A stretch of 64,000 nucleotides of DNA. Source: a virus (Duplodnaviria > Caudoviricetes). The position numbers and the translations under genes are program-made. The DNA lies in the IMG/VR virus record IMGVR_UViG_2869271264_000002, positions 6,179 to 70,178 of that record. One strand, written 5' to 3'. Every line of letters starts with the position of its first letter. Position 1 is the stretch's first letter. The notes under the pieces are model-generated. The model made no database searches and had not been told where the DNA came from. It saw only the letters and a program-made list of their open reading frames with translations. Positions 45,332 through 54,911 of this stretch are shown here, piece after piece.

Positions 45332-45993
45332 GCTGCGACCTTCCTTAGATCAGCCGGACAGTTCGCCTCGAAATTGGCCAAGGAAAACCCGGCCGGCGTC
45401 GCACTCCTCTGGTCCGCGCGATCATCGCTTGGCGGCAACAGATGCATCTTCGAACCGTCGATCGGATCCACCGGCTTCTTCGGCGGCATGACGAACCCGT
45501 TGAACGTCCACAAACCAGTCTTCTTGGTGTAGGCGTCAGTCGATGGATCGGCGAGATAGCCGGCATACTGGAATGGCTCGAACCAATAGTGCGGCTTGCC
45601 GATATGCGGAATGTTGGACAGAACACCTATCGGGTTCTCAACGAATCCGGGAGCACCAGACCATGCTACGGCTTGGCAGGACGCCTCGAAGGTCTCCAGC
45701 GCATCACGGAGCATGGCGCCTCGCTTCTTCTCGAAATCCCGAGCGCCGCTGACGGCAACGTGCGTGCACGGCGGGAAGGCGCCGACAAAGACTATCCTTC
45801 GCCGCGGGGGGGGGCGCCATGTCCGGACATCACCCCAGACGAAATGGATATTGTTCTTTATGCGGTCTTTGCGGATCGAATGCTCAACGTCAACGCACCA
45901 GCATTCAATGCCGGCCGCAGCCCACGGCCGAGCCGCGATGCCGGACTTGTCGCAGAGGAAGATGGCGACTGGGGTCACTTCTTGCCTTTCCAA
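45328..45993 (-). CDS. C5-cytosine DNA methyltransferase-like protein
   Basis: AFPPCTH, VENPIG, YTKKTGLW, RSATP.GF. Confidence 0.8.
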   Translation of the reverse strand: MERQEVTPVAIFLCDKSGIAARPWAAAGIECWCVDVEHSIRKDRIKNNIHFVWGDVRTWRPPPRRRIVFVGAFPPCTHVAVSGARDFEKKRGAMLRDALETFEASCQAVAWSGAPGFVENPIGVLSNIPHIGKPHYWFEPFQYAGYLADPSTDAYTKKTGLWTFNGFVMPPKKPVDPIDGSKMHLLPPSDDRADQRSATPAGFSLANFEANCPADLRKVAA

Positions 45994-46370
45994 CTCTTCG
46001 ACCTGTCCGGGGCACTCCGCATGATGACGTAGCGGTCAAGATGCAGTTCAGCCGCAGTGAGGATGTTCAAGCCTCGTCGTTTAAACATGATCGTCATCTC
46101 TTCCGCTCCCTTCTGCACCTTGAGTCCTTCAATCAGTTCCCCGAGAAACTTCCTCACATAGTCGATCGTGAAATCTGTCTCTTCGATCCCGACGCCCCAT
46201 TCCCGGTAGACGTCGAGCCAGCGTTTCGCCGCCCAGATCTTGGTGGCCTCTTCCCGCGTCATGTGGACGATCACCTTGAATGACCGTCCGTCTTCCCTCT
46301 CTTTGTTCCGGGTGATGATGCCGCGCAGAAAGTCCCGCGAATCCTCCGGTGAGATATCAGGCAAGTTCAC
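45975..46370 (-). CDS. hypothetical protein
   Basis: 131-aa ORF. Confidence 0.5.
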   Translation of the reverse strand: MNLPDISPEDSRDFLRGIITRNKEREDGRSFKVIVHMTREEATKIWAAKRWLDVYREWGVGIEETDFTIDYVRKFLGELIEGLKVQKGAEEMTIMFKRRGLNILTAAELHLDRYVIMRSAPDRSKSWKGKK

Positions 46371-46938
46371 CGCGCCTGGTCTGTCGGGATGTCATCGTCC
46401 CCGGTTCACGCCGCCGAGGCATGCCGTCGTACATCTTCTTGTGGCAATGCCAGCAATATGGAGACCCCGACTTCACCGGCTTGCCGCAGAAGAAATATAC
46501 CGCCGTGTCCGGCCTCTTGTCGTCATTCCATGTCGGCGCCCTGCACTGACCGCTCTTCACGTCTTCCAGATGCACCCGGTAGTGCAGGTCGGGGAACTCG
46601 TAGACCGGCTCCGCATCGATGATCGCCGGCTTCCTGATTGCCAAAGCCGCAGTGAGCGGTGCCGGCGCCCGGGGCGGCTTCGCTGGCACCTCTTTCTTCG
46701 CCACCGGCGCGGCTTTGTGTTTCTCCGGTCGGCTTTTAAAAAGCGCGTCCGCCTTCATCTTGGCGACTGATGCTGGAGTGGCGACAAGCTTGATCCCTGA
46801 ACGGTAACTGAGCCCGATGATCATATTCCGGTTGCACTTGCCGCCAATGGCCTCTGCAATCTGAGTGGAGCTCATCTTCTCCGCCACTCCATCGCGGATC
46901 GCCTGTATCCGCTCCTCCCTGCTCATCCTCTCCCACAT
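46357..46938 (-). CDS. gcrA: GcrA cell-cycle regulator homolog
   Basis: W......S.TQIA..IGG...RN.IIG...R; C-terminal L.D....QCR.P......FCG.PV..GSPYC..H....Y. Confidence 0.9.
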   Translation of the reverse strand: MWERMSREERIQAIRDGVAEKMSSTQIAEAIGGKCNRNMIIGLSYRSGIKLVATPASVAKMKADALFKSRPEKHKAAPVAKKEVPAKPPRAPAPLTAALAIRKPAIIDAEPVYEFPDLHYRVHLEDVKSGQCRAPTWNDDKRPDTAVYFFCGKPVKSGSPYCWHCHKKMYDGMPRRREPGTMTSRQTRRGELA

Positions 46939-47627
46939 CAAGCGTTGGCCTTGAAAAGCTTCTCGGCTTCCTTGATCTGCAACTGCGCCCTGGTGAGCGG
47001 CTTCTCGGCGAAGAGATCGTTCGCCCGCCGATGGCTGTATGGGTTGAGATGCCGATCCAGCCACCAGCACACGCCCACGCCTTCGGCTGCGTCAACGCTG
47101 GTGATCTCAATGCCGAGTTTCCGGCACATCTTCACCGCCTCAGACTTGGCGTCAGGCGGGCGACCGTTGCCCAAGAAAGCTAGACGCCATGTGGCCTGGT
47201 TGACGAACATGACCGGGATATTCAACTGTGCACACACCCGGCAGGCGATCGCCTCAAGGCCATGAAGCTTGAAAATTGTCTTGAGGCTGATGCCGCCTTT
47301 CTTTTCATAGGTGACCGACTTCCCAGCCCAGTTTGAATTAGTGTCGACGACTGCCTTCTTTCGACCAGCGAAGTCCGTGCGAAGTGGCTCCTCTATTGCA
47401 AGAGATTCAATTCGATTGGTGACCAGCCAGATGCGAACGACACGATCAAACCAGTCGAACACCTTGCCGAGCTCGTTTGCATCCAGCGCCAGCTTTTCAT
47501 CGGCGCCGTCCAAGATGCTCTTTTTCTTCTTCGCGCCGCTATAAACGAACGTCTCCGCTGTGAAGACGCCGTCCTTCAGAAACGCAGCGCCAGTGGTGGT
47601 CGCTATGTCCAACCCGCCGATGACCAT
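46938..47627 (-). CDS. RuvC-like Holliday junction resolvase
   Basis: GLDIATTTG, LAIEEP, TWR..FLG.G, DAAEGVGV. Confidence 0.75.
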   Translation of the reverse strand: MVIGGLDIATTTGAAFLKDGVFTAETFVYSGAKKKKSILDGADEKLALDANELGKVFDWFDRVVRIWLVTNRIESLAIEEPLRTDFAGRKKAVVDTNSNWAGKSVTYEKKGGISLKTIFKLHGLEAIACRVCAQLNIPVMFVNQATWRLAFLGNGRPPDAKSEAVKMCRKLGIEITSVDAAEGVGVCWWLDRHLNPYSHRRANDLFAEKPLTRAQLQIKEAEKLFKANA

Positions 47628-47684
47628 ATTTCACTCTTCAATGTGTGGACGCGGGACGGATCAAGTCCGCCCCGCCAAGGGGCT

Positions 47685-48398
47685 TCAAAGCGTCTCGGCT
47701 GGTTCGCGGTCTGAGATGTCCACGTCATCCGGCCACGGCTCGCCGCCTTCGTCGTCGTCCGAGACATCAGAAGACGCCGTCGATCCGCCATCGGAAGCCT
47801 GATCAAACTCATCGGCGAGACCAGTGACCTCGGCGCCCTCCTTACGAAGGAGTTCGGCCTCCGGAGGCTTCTGACGGATGCCCGCAGCGTTGATAGCCTG
47901 ACCTGCGTGCCAGCCCTCGACGTACTTGTTGTAAGCCTCGGTGCCGGACGCGTGGGACGTGGCGAGCGTCTTGCCCGACATGCCATCACGCTTGCCATCA
48001 TCGAAGGCCCGGTCCTCGACCGGCCGACGGTCTTGGTCGAAAAGCGCACCCTGAGTGCCGATGGCCAAGCCGGCCCAGCGAGCGACCATCGCTTGCCGTT
48101 CCATGTCCGCCTTGATCCTTGCTTCGCCTTCCGGCGTTTCGAGATCCAGCAGGAGTTTGATGTTGGCGAGACCGGTTGCGCCGAGATCCGACTTGATGAT
48201 CTTGTCGAAGTTCATCCGGTCGGCTTTGGTCTTCTTTTCGGCCTCAAGCAGCTTGGCGCGCTTCGCGGCGTGCTGGCGCGTCAGGCCCTGAAGCTGGTCA
48301 TCGCTAAGCTGTTCGGCTGATCTATTGTGTCCGGGACCAGCTGCGCCGCCGACGACGGACAATTTTGGCTTGTTCTTGGATCCGGCTGGACGCGCCAT
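47685..48398 (-). CDS. phage protein (DUF2312/RMF-like motif)
   Basis: AF..G...G..G......Y..GW..GQ segment; acidic tail. Confidence 0.5.
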   Translation of the reverse strand: MARPAGSKNKPKLSVVGGAAGPGHNRSAEQLSDDQLQGLTRQHAAKRAKLLEAEKKTKADRMNFDKIIKSDLGATGLANIKLLLDLETPEGEARIKADMERQAMVARWAGLAIGTQGALFDQDRRPVEDRAFDDGKRDGMSGKTLATSHASGTEAYNKYVEGWHAGQAINAAGIRQKPPEAELLRKEGAEVTGLADEFDQASDGGSTASSDVSDDDEGGEPWPDDVDISDREPAETL

Positions 48399-48399
48399 G

Positions 48400-48672
48400 T
48401 CAGAGCCTCGCCTTCAGATCGGCGCCCGGCTTGAATGTGATTTTCTTCCCGGCTGCGATCTGGACCGTATCCCCAGTCCTTGGATTGCGGCCTTGGCGCG
48501 CCGCCGTCGCCTTGACGCCGAACACGCCGAGCCCGGCGATCTGCACCTTGATGCCGGCAATCAGACTGCCAGCGATCGCGTCGATCGTGGCATTCACTGC
48601 CGCGGCAGCATCTGCTTTCGTCATACCGGTCTCACCGGCAACGATGGCGGCGATTTCGTTTTTCGTGGTCAT
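48400..48672 (-). CDS. hup: HU histone-like DNA-binding protein
   Basis: V.I.GLG.F.V....AR.GRNP.TG..V.I.A.K...FKPG..LK. Confidence 0.95.
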   Translation of the reverse strand: MTTKNEIAAIVAGETGMTKADAAAAVNATIDAIAGSLIAGIKVQIAGLGVFGVKATAARQGRNPRTGDTVQIAAGKKITFKPGADLKARL

Positions 48673-49382
48673 GCTTCTTCCTTCGAATGAGCCGCGTCTG
48701 CGGCGGTTGTCGCCGGGATTCCGGCATCAAGCAGGCCGACCTGGTTTCCCCAGGCCGTCCATTTTTTCCTAGAGCTTCTTGAAAAAAGCTCGACATACGG
48801 CCCATCGAACATCGTCTCGATGCGGTCGTACTGTTCGTCGGGTTTTTGGCTGTGCAGGCGCCGCGGCTGACGGATGGCGTCGAGCGGCATCGCCTCGATG
48901 AAGTCGCGCACGCTGCGCACGCCGGCAGGGATCACCGCGTCGCCGAGCATGTCGCTCTCGATCGGCTGCCTCAGTTGAGGGTTGCCGCGCGTGCACAAAA
49001 TGCACGGTTCGACATTTTTTCGTGTGCCATATCCCCCACCAAATGCATACTTGCCGGACTTCGGATTGTATTTCAGCCATTCCCAGGCAAGGCCGGCGAA
49101 GTTCAGCCCCAACGCTGGGACGACCTCATGCCAGCGCATAGCCAGCGGCCAGGTCATCCAAAGGAACACAGCGGCGTCGTCAGCGAGTAGCGCGGTCAGT
49201 GGGATTTGGCAGATGTCCTCGATCGACATCGTGTCGTAGTGGCGCTGCGGGCCCTTGCCCTGCCCCTTCTCGGAGAAGTGCTCGAAGTCCCACGGGATAT
49301 CGAGAAGCGCGACCTTGAAGCCGCCGGCCGGCCGCAGGGCCGCGAACTCCTTCGTCATTTGAGAGAAGTCAATATTGCTCAT
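48669..49382 (-). CDS. MT-A70-family methyltransferase
   Basis: LDIPW, HYDTM, LFLW, GYGTRKNVEPC, HSQKP, VELFSR, WGNQ. Confidence 0.9.
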   Translation of the reverse strand: MSNIDFSQMTKEFAALRPAGGFKVALLDIPWDFEHFSEKGQGKGPQRHYDTMSIEDICQIPLTALLADDAAVFLWMTWPLAMRWHEVVPALGLNFAGLAWEWLKYNPKSGKYAFGGGYGTRKNVEPCILCTRGNPQLRQPIESDMLGDAVIPAGVRSVRDFIEAMPLDAIRQPRRLHSQKPDEQYDRIETMFDGPYVELFSRSSRKKWTAWGNQVGLLDAGIPATTAADAAHSKEEA

Positions 49383-49593
49383 GGCGGCGTCACCGAGCGA
49401 CCGAACGAAACTTTGGCGGCGTGTCCCGAATGTCCGTTTAGAAATGCCAGCACGGCGCTGGCCCGGTCTGGACTCCCATCCATTTTTGCGCCGGAAGCTT
49501 CGGGGCTTGGTGTGCTCAGGTGGCCGCCGGCACCTGCCGAAAGGCGCGGACCGGGTGTATTCTGTTTGAATGATGCACAGGGCAAGATGGGCC

Positions 49594-49776
49594 TCACCTG
49601 TCCTGCTTGGCGAGATCGTCCACTTCGACACAGCGGCCGATGTAGTTCGCCTCGGGGAAGAACTCGGTGACTTCCATCTTGATCACCTCGTTGCACTTCG
49701 CGACGGACTGGACGCAGCGTGTCTCTAGCGAGAACGCGTTGTCCATCAGGGCGAGGATCATCAGAACCTGGCACAT
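49594..49776 (-). CDS. small hypothetical protein
   Basis: TGATG-coupled. Confidence 0.45.
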   Translation of the reverse strand: MCQVLMILALMDNAFSLETRCVQSVAKCNEVIKMEVTEFFPEANYIGRCVEVDDLAKQDR

Positions 49777-50369
49777 CAGATCTGCTGCTCGTAGGTTGGC
49801 GCCGGCGCGGCTGCAGGCTTGTCGGGGAGTGCCTTCGGCTGAGGGAGCGCCCAGAACTGCTGATCGTGCGTGTCCCATGAGAACTCGAACAACCCAGCAA
49901 TCCCGCCCTTGCCCTTCTTCCCCTGGTCGGGCTGGCCGCCCTCGCCGGAGTTTCCCTCTTCCGACTCCCACGGCCACTTGAACGGCTTTACTGTGATGCC
50001 AGCCTGACCGCCCTCGCCTTTCTCATCCATGGCCTTCTGAAGCTCGTCAGCCGTCTTTGTGCTCCACGGCAGTTTGTAATAGCGTGGCTGCTGCTCGCCG
50101 CGGTCGACGAAGATGTAGATGCCGTCCTCGATCAGCATCTTCGCCGCAAGGATCTGATGATCGCCAGCGGAGAGCGTCACGCCATCGACGAGCGGAACCG
50201 GCCAGCCGAGACTGAAGCCGAGGGAGACGCCAGCAATTGGGCTTGCCAGTAAGAATGCGAGGACGGCCAGGCCACGAGCTCGCGAGAAACCGCGGGCCCA
50301 TATGGCGAGCGAGGCGGCGATGCCGAGAATGACGGTGATCGCCAACCAAACGGTGATGGGGTAGTTCAT
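49776..50369 (-). CDS. membrane protein with two N-terminal TM helices and Pro-rich tail
   Basis: hydrophobic N-terminus; PQPKALPDKPAAAPAP. Confidence 0.65.
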   Translation of the reverse strand: MNYPITVWLAITVILGIAASLAIWARGFSRARGLAVLAFLLASPIAGVSLGFSLGWPVPLVDGVTLSAGDHQILAAKMLIEDGIYIFVDRGEQQPRYYKLPWSTKTADELQKAMDEKGEGGQAGITVKPFKWPWESEEGNSGEGGQPDQGKKGKGGIAGLFEFSWDTHDQQFWALPQPKALPDKPAAAPAPTYEQQI

Positions 50370-50866
50370 GTCACATGTCTCCAAGTTTTGTTCCTGACGA
50401 TCCCGGCTATGAGAGAATGTGACACCCCATACTTCGATGCCAGCGCGCGACAATCACTCCCCTTGACACGAGGAACGTATTCTCGCCTGATCGCCGAAAT
50501 GTCTTCTTCGGTAAGTTTGGATTGGCCGTTCTTTATTCCGCGAATGTCGGTCCCATGTGCGATCCGGTCTGCCTGGTTCGACTCTGGCGTATCCCACCGT
50601 AGATTGTCCAAGCGGTTGTTGTCTGGGTTGCCGTCGTTGTGACAGCCCTCAAGTCCATCCGGGCGCGGGCCAACGAACGCCTCAAGAACCAAAAGATGAA
50701 CATAACAAATCTTCATCATAGCAACCTCTGGGTAGAGGCTGACGATGTGATGCTCCCTAGCAAGGGCGTGACGAAGGATGCCGCCGCGAACACCCCGGAC
50801 GCGGCCCAAGTTGGACACCTCGTGTCGCGGGGCGAAGCTGACAGTTCTCCAAATTTCCACGGTCAC
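50366..50866 (-). CDS. NUMOD4-HNH homing endonuclease
   Basis: EIWR....YEVSNLGRVR-like, VH.LV..AF.G, CHNDGNP.NN...NLRWDT. Confidence 0.9.
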   Translation of the reverse strand: MTVEIWRTVSFAPRHEVSNLGRVRGVRGGILRHALAREHHIVSLYPEVAMMKICYVHLLVLEAFVGPRPDGLEGCHNDGNPDNNRLDNLRWDTPESNQADRIAHGTDIRGIKNGQSKLTEEDISAIRREYVPRVKGSDCRALASKYGVSHSLIAGIVRNKTWRHVT

Positions 50867-51471
50867 TTCTTCGCACTCCGAAGCGGCTTAAAGACGGAAT
50901 TCATGGAGCCGGGAACGATCTCGCCCTTGTCGGTCAGTTTGAACCGGATGGCAGTTCGCTCTTGACCGTCAGTCACCAGTTTCACCGTCGTGTTGACGAG
51001 CGGCTTGAGCGACGACTTACCTGGTTCGCCGCTATTGATCTCGACGACGACCTTCACCTCCTGCGGCAACTGCGGACATCTGAAGCAGTGAACATTTATG
51101 GTGTAATCGCCGCCGACAACGCCGCGCGTAAAAGAGTCCTCATAGTTCAGATCACCGGCGTCCGGCTGCGCGCCGAGATCATCACGCAGGAGATTCCAGA
51201 GAAGCCCACCTTTGTTGCTGTAGCCCACGGGAACCAACTCCCCCGGCCCGTCGACCCAAAGATCGACATCGGTGTCACCCTGCGGCCAGACCGCGTGGAC
51301 GATCATATTTCCTGGCGGCTCGGCGGCCGCCTGCTCCACGGCTTTCTTCACCTGGATCAGGAGAGCCACGATGCCAATGATCATGACCAGGCCGAGAATG
51401 GTGTTCAGCAGGACGTCACGATAGGCGACGCTGTTGATCTCGCTGTCGTAGTCGATCTCGGGCTCGTTCAT
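50863..51471 (-). CDS. ExbD/MotB-like single-TM protein with periplasmic DUF2135-like domain
   Basis: N-terminal TM with Asp (YRDVLL); W....D.DLWV..P, NYED, G.Y.INVH. Confidence 0.6.
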   Translation of the reverse strand: MNEPEIDYDSEINSVAYRDVLLNTILGLVMIIGIVALLIQVKKAVEQAAAEPPGNMIVHAVWPQGDTDVDLWVDGPGELVPVGYSNKGGLLWNLLRDDLGAQPDAGDLNYEDSFTRGVVGGDYTINVHCFRCPQLPQEVKVVVEINSGEPGKSSLKPLVNTTVKLVTDGQERTAIRFKLTDKGEIVPGSMNSVFKPLRSAKK

Positions 51472-52007
51472 TTGATGTACATCCGACCCTTGAGTGCGTC
51501 GGCGTCAATGTGCAGAAGCGCGGTCGCGGTTCGCAGAATGTGCCCATTGACGGCCAGCCAGAGGCCGAGACCTGTGCCGATCAGCGTTGTGTAGAACGCG
51601 ACCTTCATGCCGTCGATCATCTGCGAGATCGCATGCATGGCCGCATCGCTCCCGCCGGAAAGGTTGAGCCCCTCGACCGCCTGGGCAAACCCGGTGATGT
51701 TGCCTATCAGTCCTAGCGTGACCAGCCAGACCGATACGGCCGCAACAAAGGTGTTCTTGATCTTGAACTTCCGGACATCAACCCAGTTGCCGAGCTTGAC
51801 CTCGTTTAGGGCTGCCGACGTCTTCCTGACGCGCTGGACAAAGCCAACCATGGCCACCAGGAAGACAACAACCATGCCGTAGCCGATGCCTGTCGTCTCA
51901 TTGGCGAAGAGAACCTGAACATGACCCTGCATGAAAGCCCAGCTCAGTCCGGCGACGATGCATGCGTTAAAAACGACAATCCTGTACCACAAGAGATTAT
52001 TCAGCAT
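51468..52007 (-). CDS. MotA/TolQ/ExbB proton-channel family protein
   Basis: LGLIGNITGF..A...GMKVAFYTTLIG. Confidence 0.85.
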   Translation of the reverse strand: MLNNLLWYRIVVFNACIVAGLSWAFMQGHVQVLFANETTGIGYGMVVVFLVAMVGFVQRVRKTSAALNEVKLGNWVDVRKFKIKNTFVAAVSVWLVTLGLIGNITGFAQAVEGLNLSGGSDAAMHAISQMIDGMKVAFYTTLIGTGLGLWLAVNGHILRTATALLHIDADALKGRMYIK

Positions 52008-52190
52008 GCACTTCCCCTTTTCAGTCCCGAGTTGTTGATGTTCAGTCCGCCGCAGTGTGCATCTCGATCGGCGCCGACGTCCGCGCGCTCGAGCCGAATG
52101 TGATCAGCAGGATGGTGAAGCAGGCGCCAAAGAAGGCGGCCAGCGCTATCGATCCCTTGAGGGAGACAATGGCCGTGCGCCTCCCGACTC

Positions 52191-52526
52191 TCATGATTCT
52201 CTTCCGCCCGGAACGGGTGCCGCCGGCTTGGTCAGGAACCAGTCAGTTCCGACCGCCAGGACGCACGAAGACCCGTCGGCGTTGACTCCCACCGTCGTCC
52301 ATGTAGCGCCGCCGGCCGAAGCGAAGACCGCCATGAGAAGTTTCTCATTGATGAGGCCGCCACCGATTTGAACCTCGTGGAACTTCTCGGCGAGTGCCTT
52401 CTTCATGTCCGCCCAAGGCGCACAGGATGGCTGATCAGCGGCAAGCGCTGGAGACATTGTCAAAAACGCTGCGAGGAACAGGCATGCTTTCACGGCAAGT
52501 CTCCTAGAGGAATTGGTGCCGGGCAC
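52191..52526 (-). CDS. secreted hypothetical protein
   Basis: signal peptide; C......L..K..E....G......F....G..WT.......SC. Confidence 0.65.
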   Translation of the reverse strand: MPGTNSSRRLAVKACLFLAAFLTMSPALAADQPSCAPWADMKKALAEKFHEVQIGGGLINEKLLMAVFASAGGATWTTVGVNADGSSCVLAVGTDWFLTKPAAPVPGGRES

Positions 52527-52573
52527 GGCCCCCGGCTGGCCAGTTAAGTTGGATTGTCGCCGTTAGGCGACGA

Positions 52574-52762
52574 TCAGGACTTCGACCCCTTAAGCCAACC
52601 CTCGATCGTCTCCATCTTCCACAACGTGAAGATGAGGCTGGCGACGAAGAGGCTCGAGAACAGATCCATGAGCGTGCTGAAAATTACGAATTGCAGCACG
52701 ATCAGGACCAGTTGGATGACGAGAACGGCGCCGAGCGCCTTCTCCTTGAGCCAGGCGAGCAT
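52574..52762 (-). CDS. small membrane protein
   Basis: two hydrophobic helices. Confidence 0.6.
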   Translation of the reverse strand: MLAWLKEKALGAVLVIQLVLIVLQFVIFSTLMDLFSSLFVASLIFTLWKMETIEGWLKGSKS

Positions 52763-52767
52763 ATCGA

Positions 52768-53217
52768 TCAGGCGGCGAGTTTGTCGTAGTTGACGTTGCA
52801 GATCGACGCTATGTCCTTCATGACAGCGACTTCGGCCGGCGAGATGCCGCCTTCATCGGCGACATCAAGGCTGGCAAGAACGATTGCCTGGCCGAGCGAG
52901 CCTGTCTTGTCGCGGGCGATGACCTCGCGGATTTCGTTCTTCAGTTCGGCCTTGCCAGATCGCGTTGTCGTTTTGCCTTGCATCTTGCCGAAGACCGATT
53001 CGATCTGGGTGGAATCGAAGCCGGCGGCGATGGCTGAGTTCGAGCGAATGACGGTCAGCGTCTTCTCGTATTCCTTGTCGTCGATACCGCCTTCGGCCGC
53101 CGCGGTGAGCGCGCACGCGGCGCACATGCCTTCAAGAAAATCCTTGTTCCCAGAGAACTGGTTCATGGCTTCCTTGGCTTTGCCCTTGAACAAACTTCCG
53201 AACAATGTCGTCTCCAT
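52768..53217 (-). CDS. terB: TerB-family protein
   Basis: NKDFLEG.CA..AL.AAA.G.I...E....F....I.....VAD..GI...E..V...I. Confidence 0.85.
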   Translation of the reverse strand: METTLFGSLFKGKAKEAMNQFSGNKDFLEGMCAACALTAAAEGGIDDKEYEKTLTVIRSNSAIAAGFDSTQIESVFGKMQGKTTTRSGKAELKNEIREVIARDKTGSLGQAIVLASLDVADEGGISPAEVAVMKDIASICNVNYDKLAA

Positions 53218-53273
53218 ATTTTGGTTGAGGTTTGGTCGTTCTACTTATCCTGGCGTGGTGGGCCAGAATTCCT

Positions 53274-53723
53274 TCAGGCGAAGCGCTCAGCCATCTTGCG
53301 ACGGCGATCGGCTTCAGCCTTCTGTTGGGCGTTGATCTTTTCGTTGGTCGCCTGGCGAAGGGCGCGTTTGCGCTCGCCGCGCGTCATCGTCTCTTCATCA
53401 TCGACGGCGACAGGCACCATCTTGCGCGAGCTTACAGCCTTCCGGCGCGGCCGTTTACCTACGCGCTCGGCATGCCGCAGGATGGCGGCGAGAGCGCCAC
53501 CTTCGAAGATCGTCTTGCTGCGCTCCTCGCGGATAGCGCGACGGCGTTCACCGCGCAGGAGAGTGGCGCCTGGTGAATTGGTTGGCTGCACTGGCTGGAA
53601 TGACCGCTCCCTGCCAGCCCTAGCCGCGCGCCTGAGTTCTGCGGCAGTCATATAGAGAAGGTCCAACTCGGTCTTTTTGCCAAATCTAGCGCGCGGTGGC
53701 GTTCTGGTCGCAGTAAACATCAC
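53274..53723 (-). CDS. basic hypothetical protein
   Basis: 149-aa ORF; AAGGG RBS. Confidence 0.5.
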   Translation of the reverse strand: MMFTATRTPPRARFGKKTELDLLYMTAAELRRAARAGRERSFQPVQPTNSPGATLLRGERRRAIREERSKTIFEGGALAAILRHAERVGKRPRRKAVSSRKMVPVAVDDEETMTRGERKRALRQATNEKINAQQKAEADRRRKMAERFA

Positions 53724-53827
53724 TTATGCCCTTTCACTGCCGCCGCGACATCTGCCGCCGGCTGAATTCCTGTATCTTCCTATGGATGTCGGACCCCTGC
53801 TCTGTTGGCAGTTCCGGTGCGATCCAT

Positions 53828-54232
53828 TCAGCCAACGAGTTCCCGCAGTTTTGAAACCAGTTCGCCACCTTCAGTCTCCGCATGAGCGGAAATAAACGCC
53901 GCCAGTCGAGCAGCCCTTTTGATTGAGGCATCAAATTCCCCCCGAGCAGCTTCTAAGGCTGCCTGTTCGAGATCCAGCATTTCGTAATTGTCGATCCGTC
54001 GCGCCTGTTTCTTCCAGATCGTCTGGACGCGCCGCTCAGTCCACTGCCGCGGTCGATCGCGCAGAACGTCGATCGGCAGCCTGCGTTCGATTCGCTTGAC
54101 AGCTTCGAAAGCGGCTCCAATGCAGCTCTTTGCGTTTCTGCCCTGGCGAACCTGCCAGGTGTTTTGGACGAGGCTGCTCGCAGTTGCCACATCAGACATT
54201 GCGGAAGCCTTGCCCGAAAAGGGCACGCGCAT
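53828..54232 (-). CDS. CII-like regulator (positional)
   Basis: downstream of cro; WTERRV..IW...ARRI...E...L segment. Confidence 0.45.
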   Translation of the reverse strand: MRVPFSGKASAMSDVATASSLVQNTWQVRQGRNAKSCIGAAFEAVKRIERRLPIDVLRDRPRQWTERRVQTIWKKQARRIDNYEMLDLEQAALEAARGEFDASIKRAARLAAFISAHAETEGGELVSKLRELVG

Positions 54233-54615
54233 GTTCATTTCCTCCGATACGTTGAACACCATCGAAGAACGGCCCACCCCATAACCCCGGGCCGCTGGGA
54301 AAAAGGAAGAACGAAAATGCTCTCGAGACCAGAACAAGGAATTGCTTGCAGGCTGATACTTGTCCGAGATGGAGAGCAGACAAATTCATGGGCGGATCGC
54401 CGCCCCAACTGGTTGATGAAGGCCGAAGGAAATCGCAACAGCGATCGCCAGCCGGCCAACCGAGTAGAAAGCGCGCGAGCCAACGCATGCCGCGCCGGAA
54501 TTGTCGGATCCGCGATTCTCGCTCACCGCAGAGAATGAATCCGAACGCAGAAGACCAGAGGTAGCCGTCACCGCGCCAGCGGGGCGGCAAATGCCGTTCA
54601 TGGCGAAGGCGTTGG

Positions 54616-54846
54616 TCATTCTGCGACCGCAAGCTCAGGGCACAGCGCATCGGCCGTGCCGGCGTCAGCCGCATCTGAAAGAACCTGGAGAGAAATGAGC
54701 ACAGCGCCTTTCGGCGGATTGCCGACGCGCTCCATGTTGGAAACCGTCGACTGATGAACACCCAAGAAACGGGCCAGTCGGCCCTGGTTCCACTTAAGGC
54801 GCTTTCGCAGCGCCTTCATGTCGAGAGGTGAATTCGTTTCGCTCAT
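54616..54846 (-). CDS. Cro-like XRE repressor
   Basis: MKALRKRLKWNQGRLARFLGVHQSTVSNME. Confidence 0.85.
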   Translation of the reverse strand: MSETNSPLDMKALRKRLKWNQGRLARFLGVHQSTVSNMERVGNPPKGAVLISLQVLSDAADAGTADALCPELAVAE

Positions 54847-54852
54847 AATCCG

Positions 54853-54881
54853 TAATATGCATATCACATATTCACAGTCAA
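54853..54881 (-). promoter_or_regulatory. PR-like promoter-operator
   Basis: minus strand TTGACTG-TGAAT-ATGTGATATGCATATTA. Confidence 0.8.
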
Positions 54882-54911
54882 GAGGCGAAACGCATATCGT
54901 TAGCAAGTAAG

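Noticed and set aside
49383-49593. Structured RNA upstream of MT-A70
   Set aside because: Only short hairpins, and a 34-aa ORF could equally explain the gap; insufficient support
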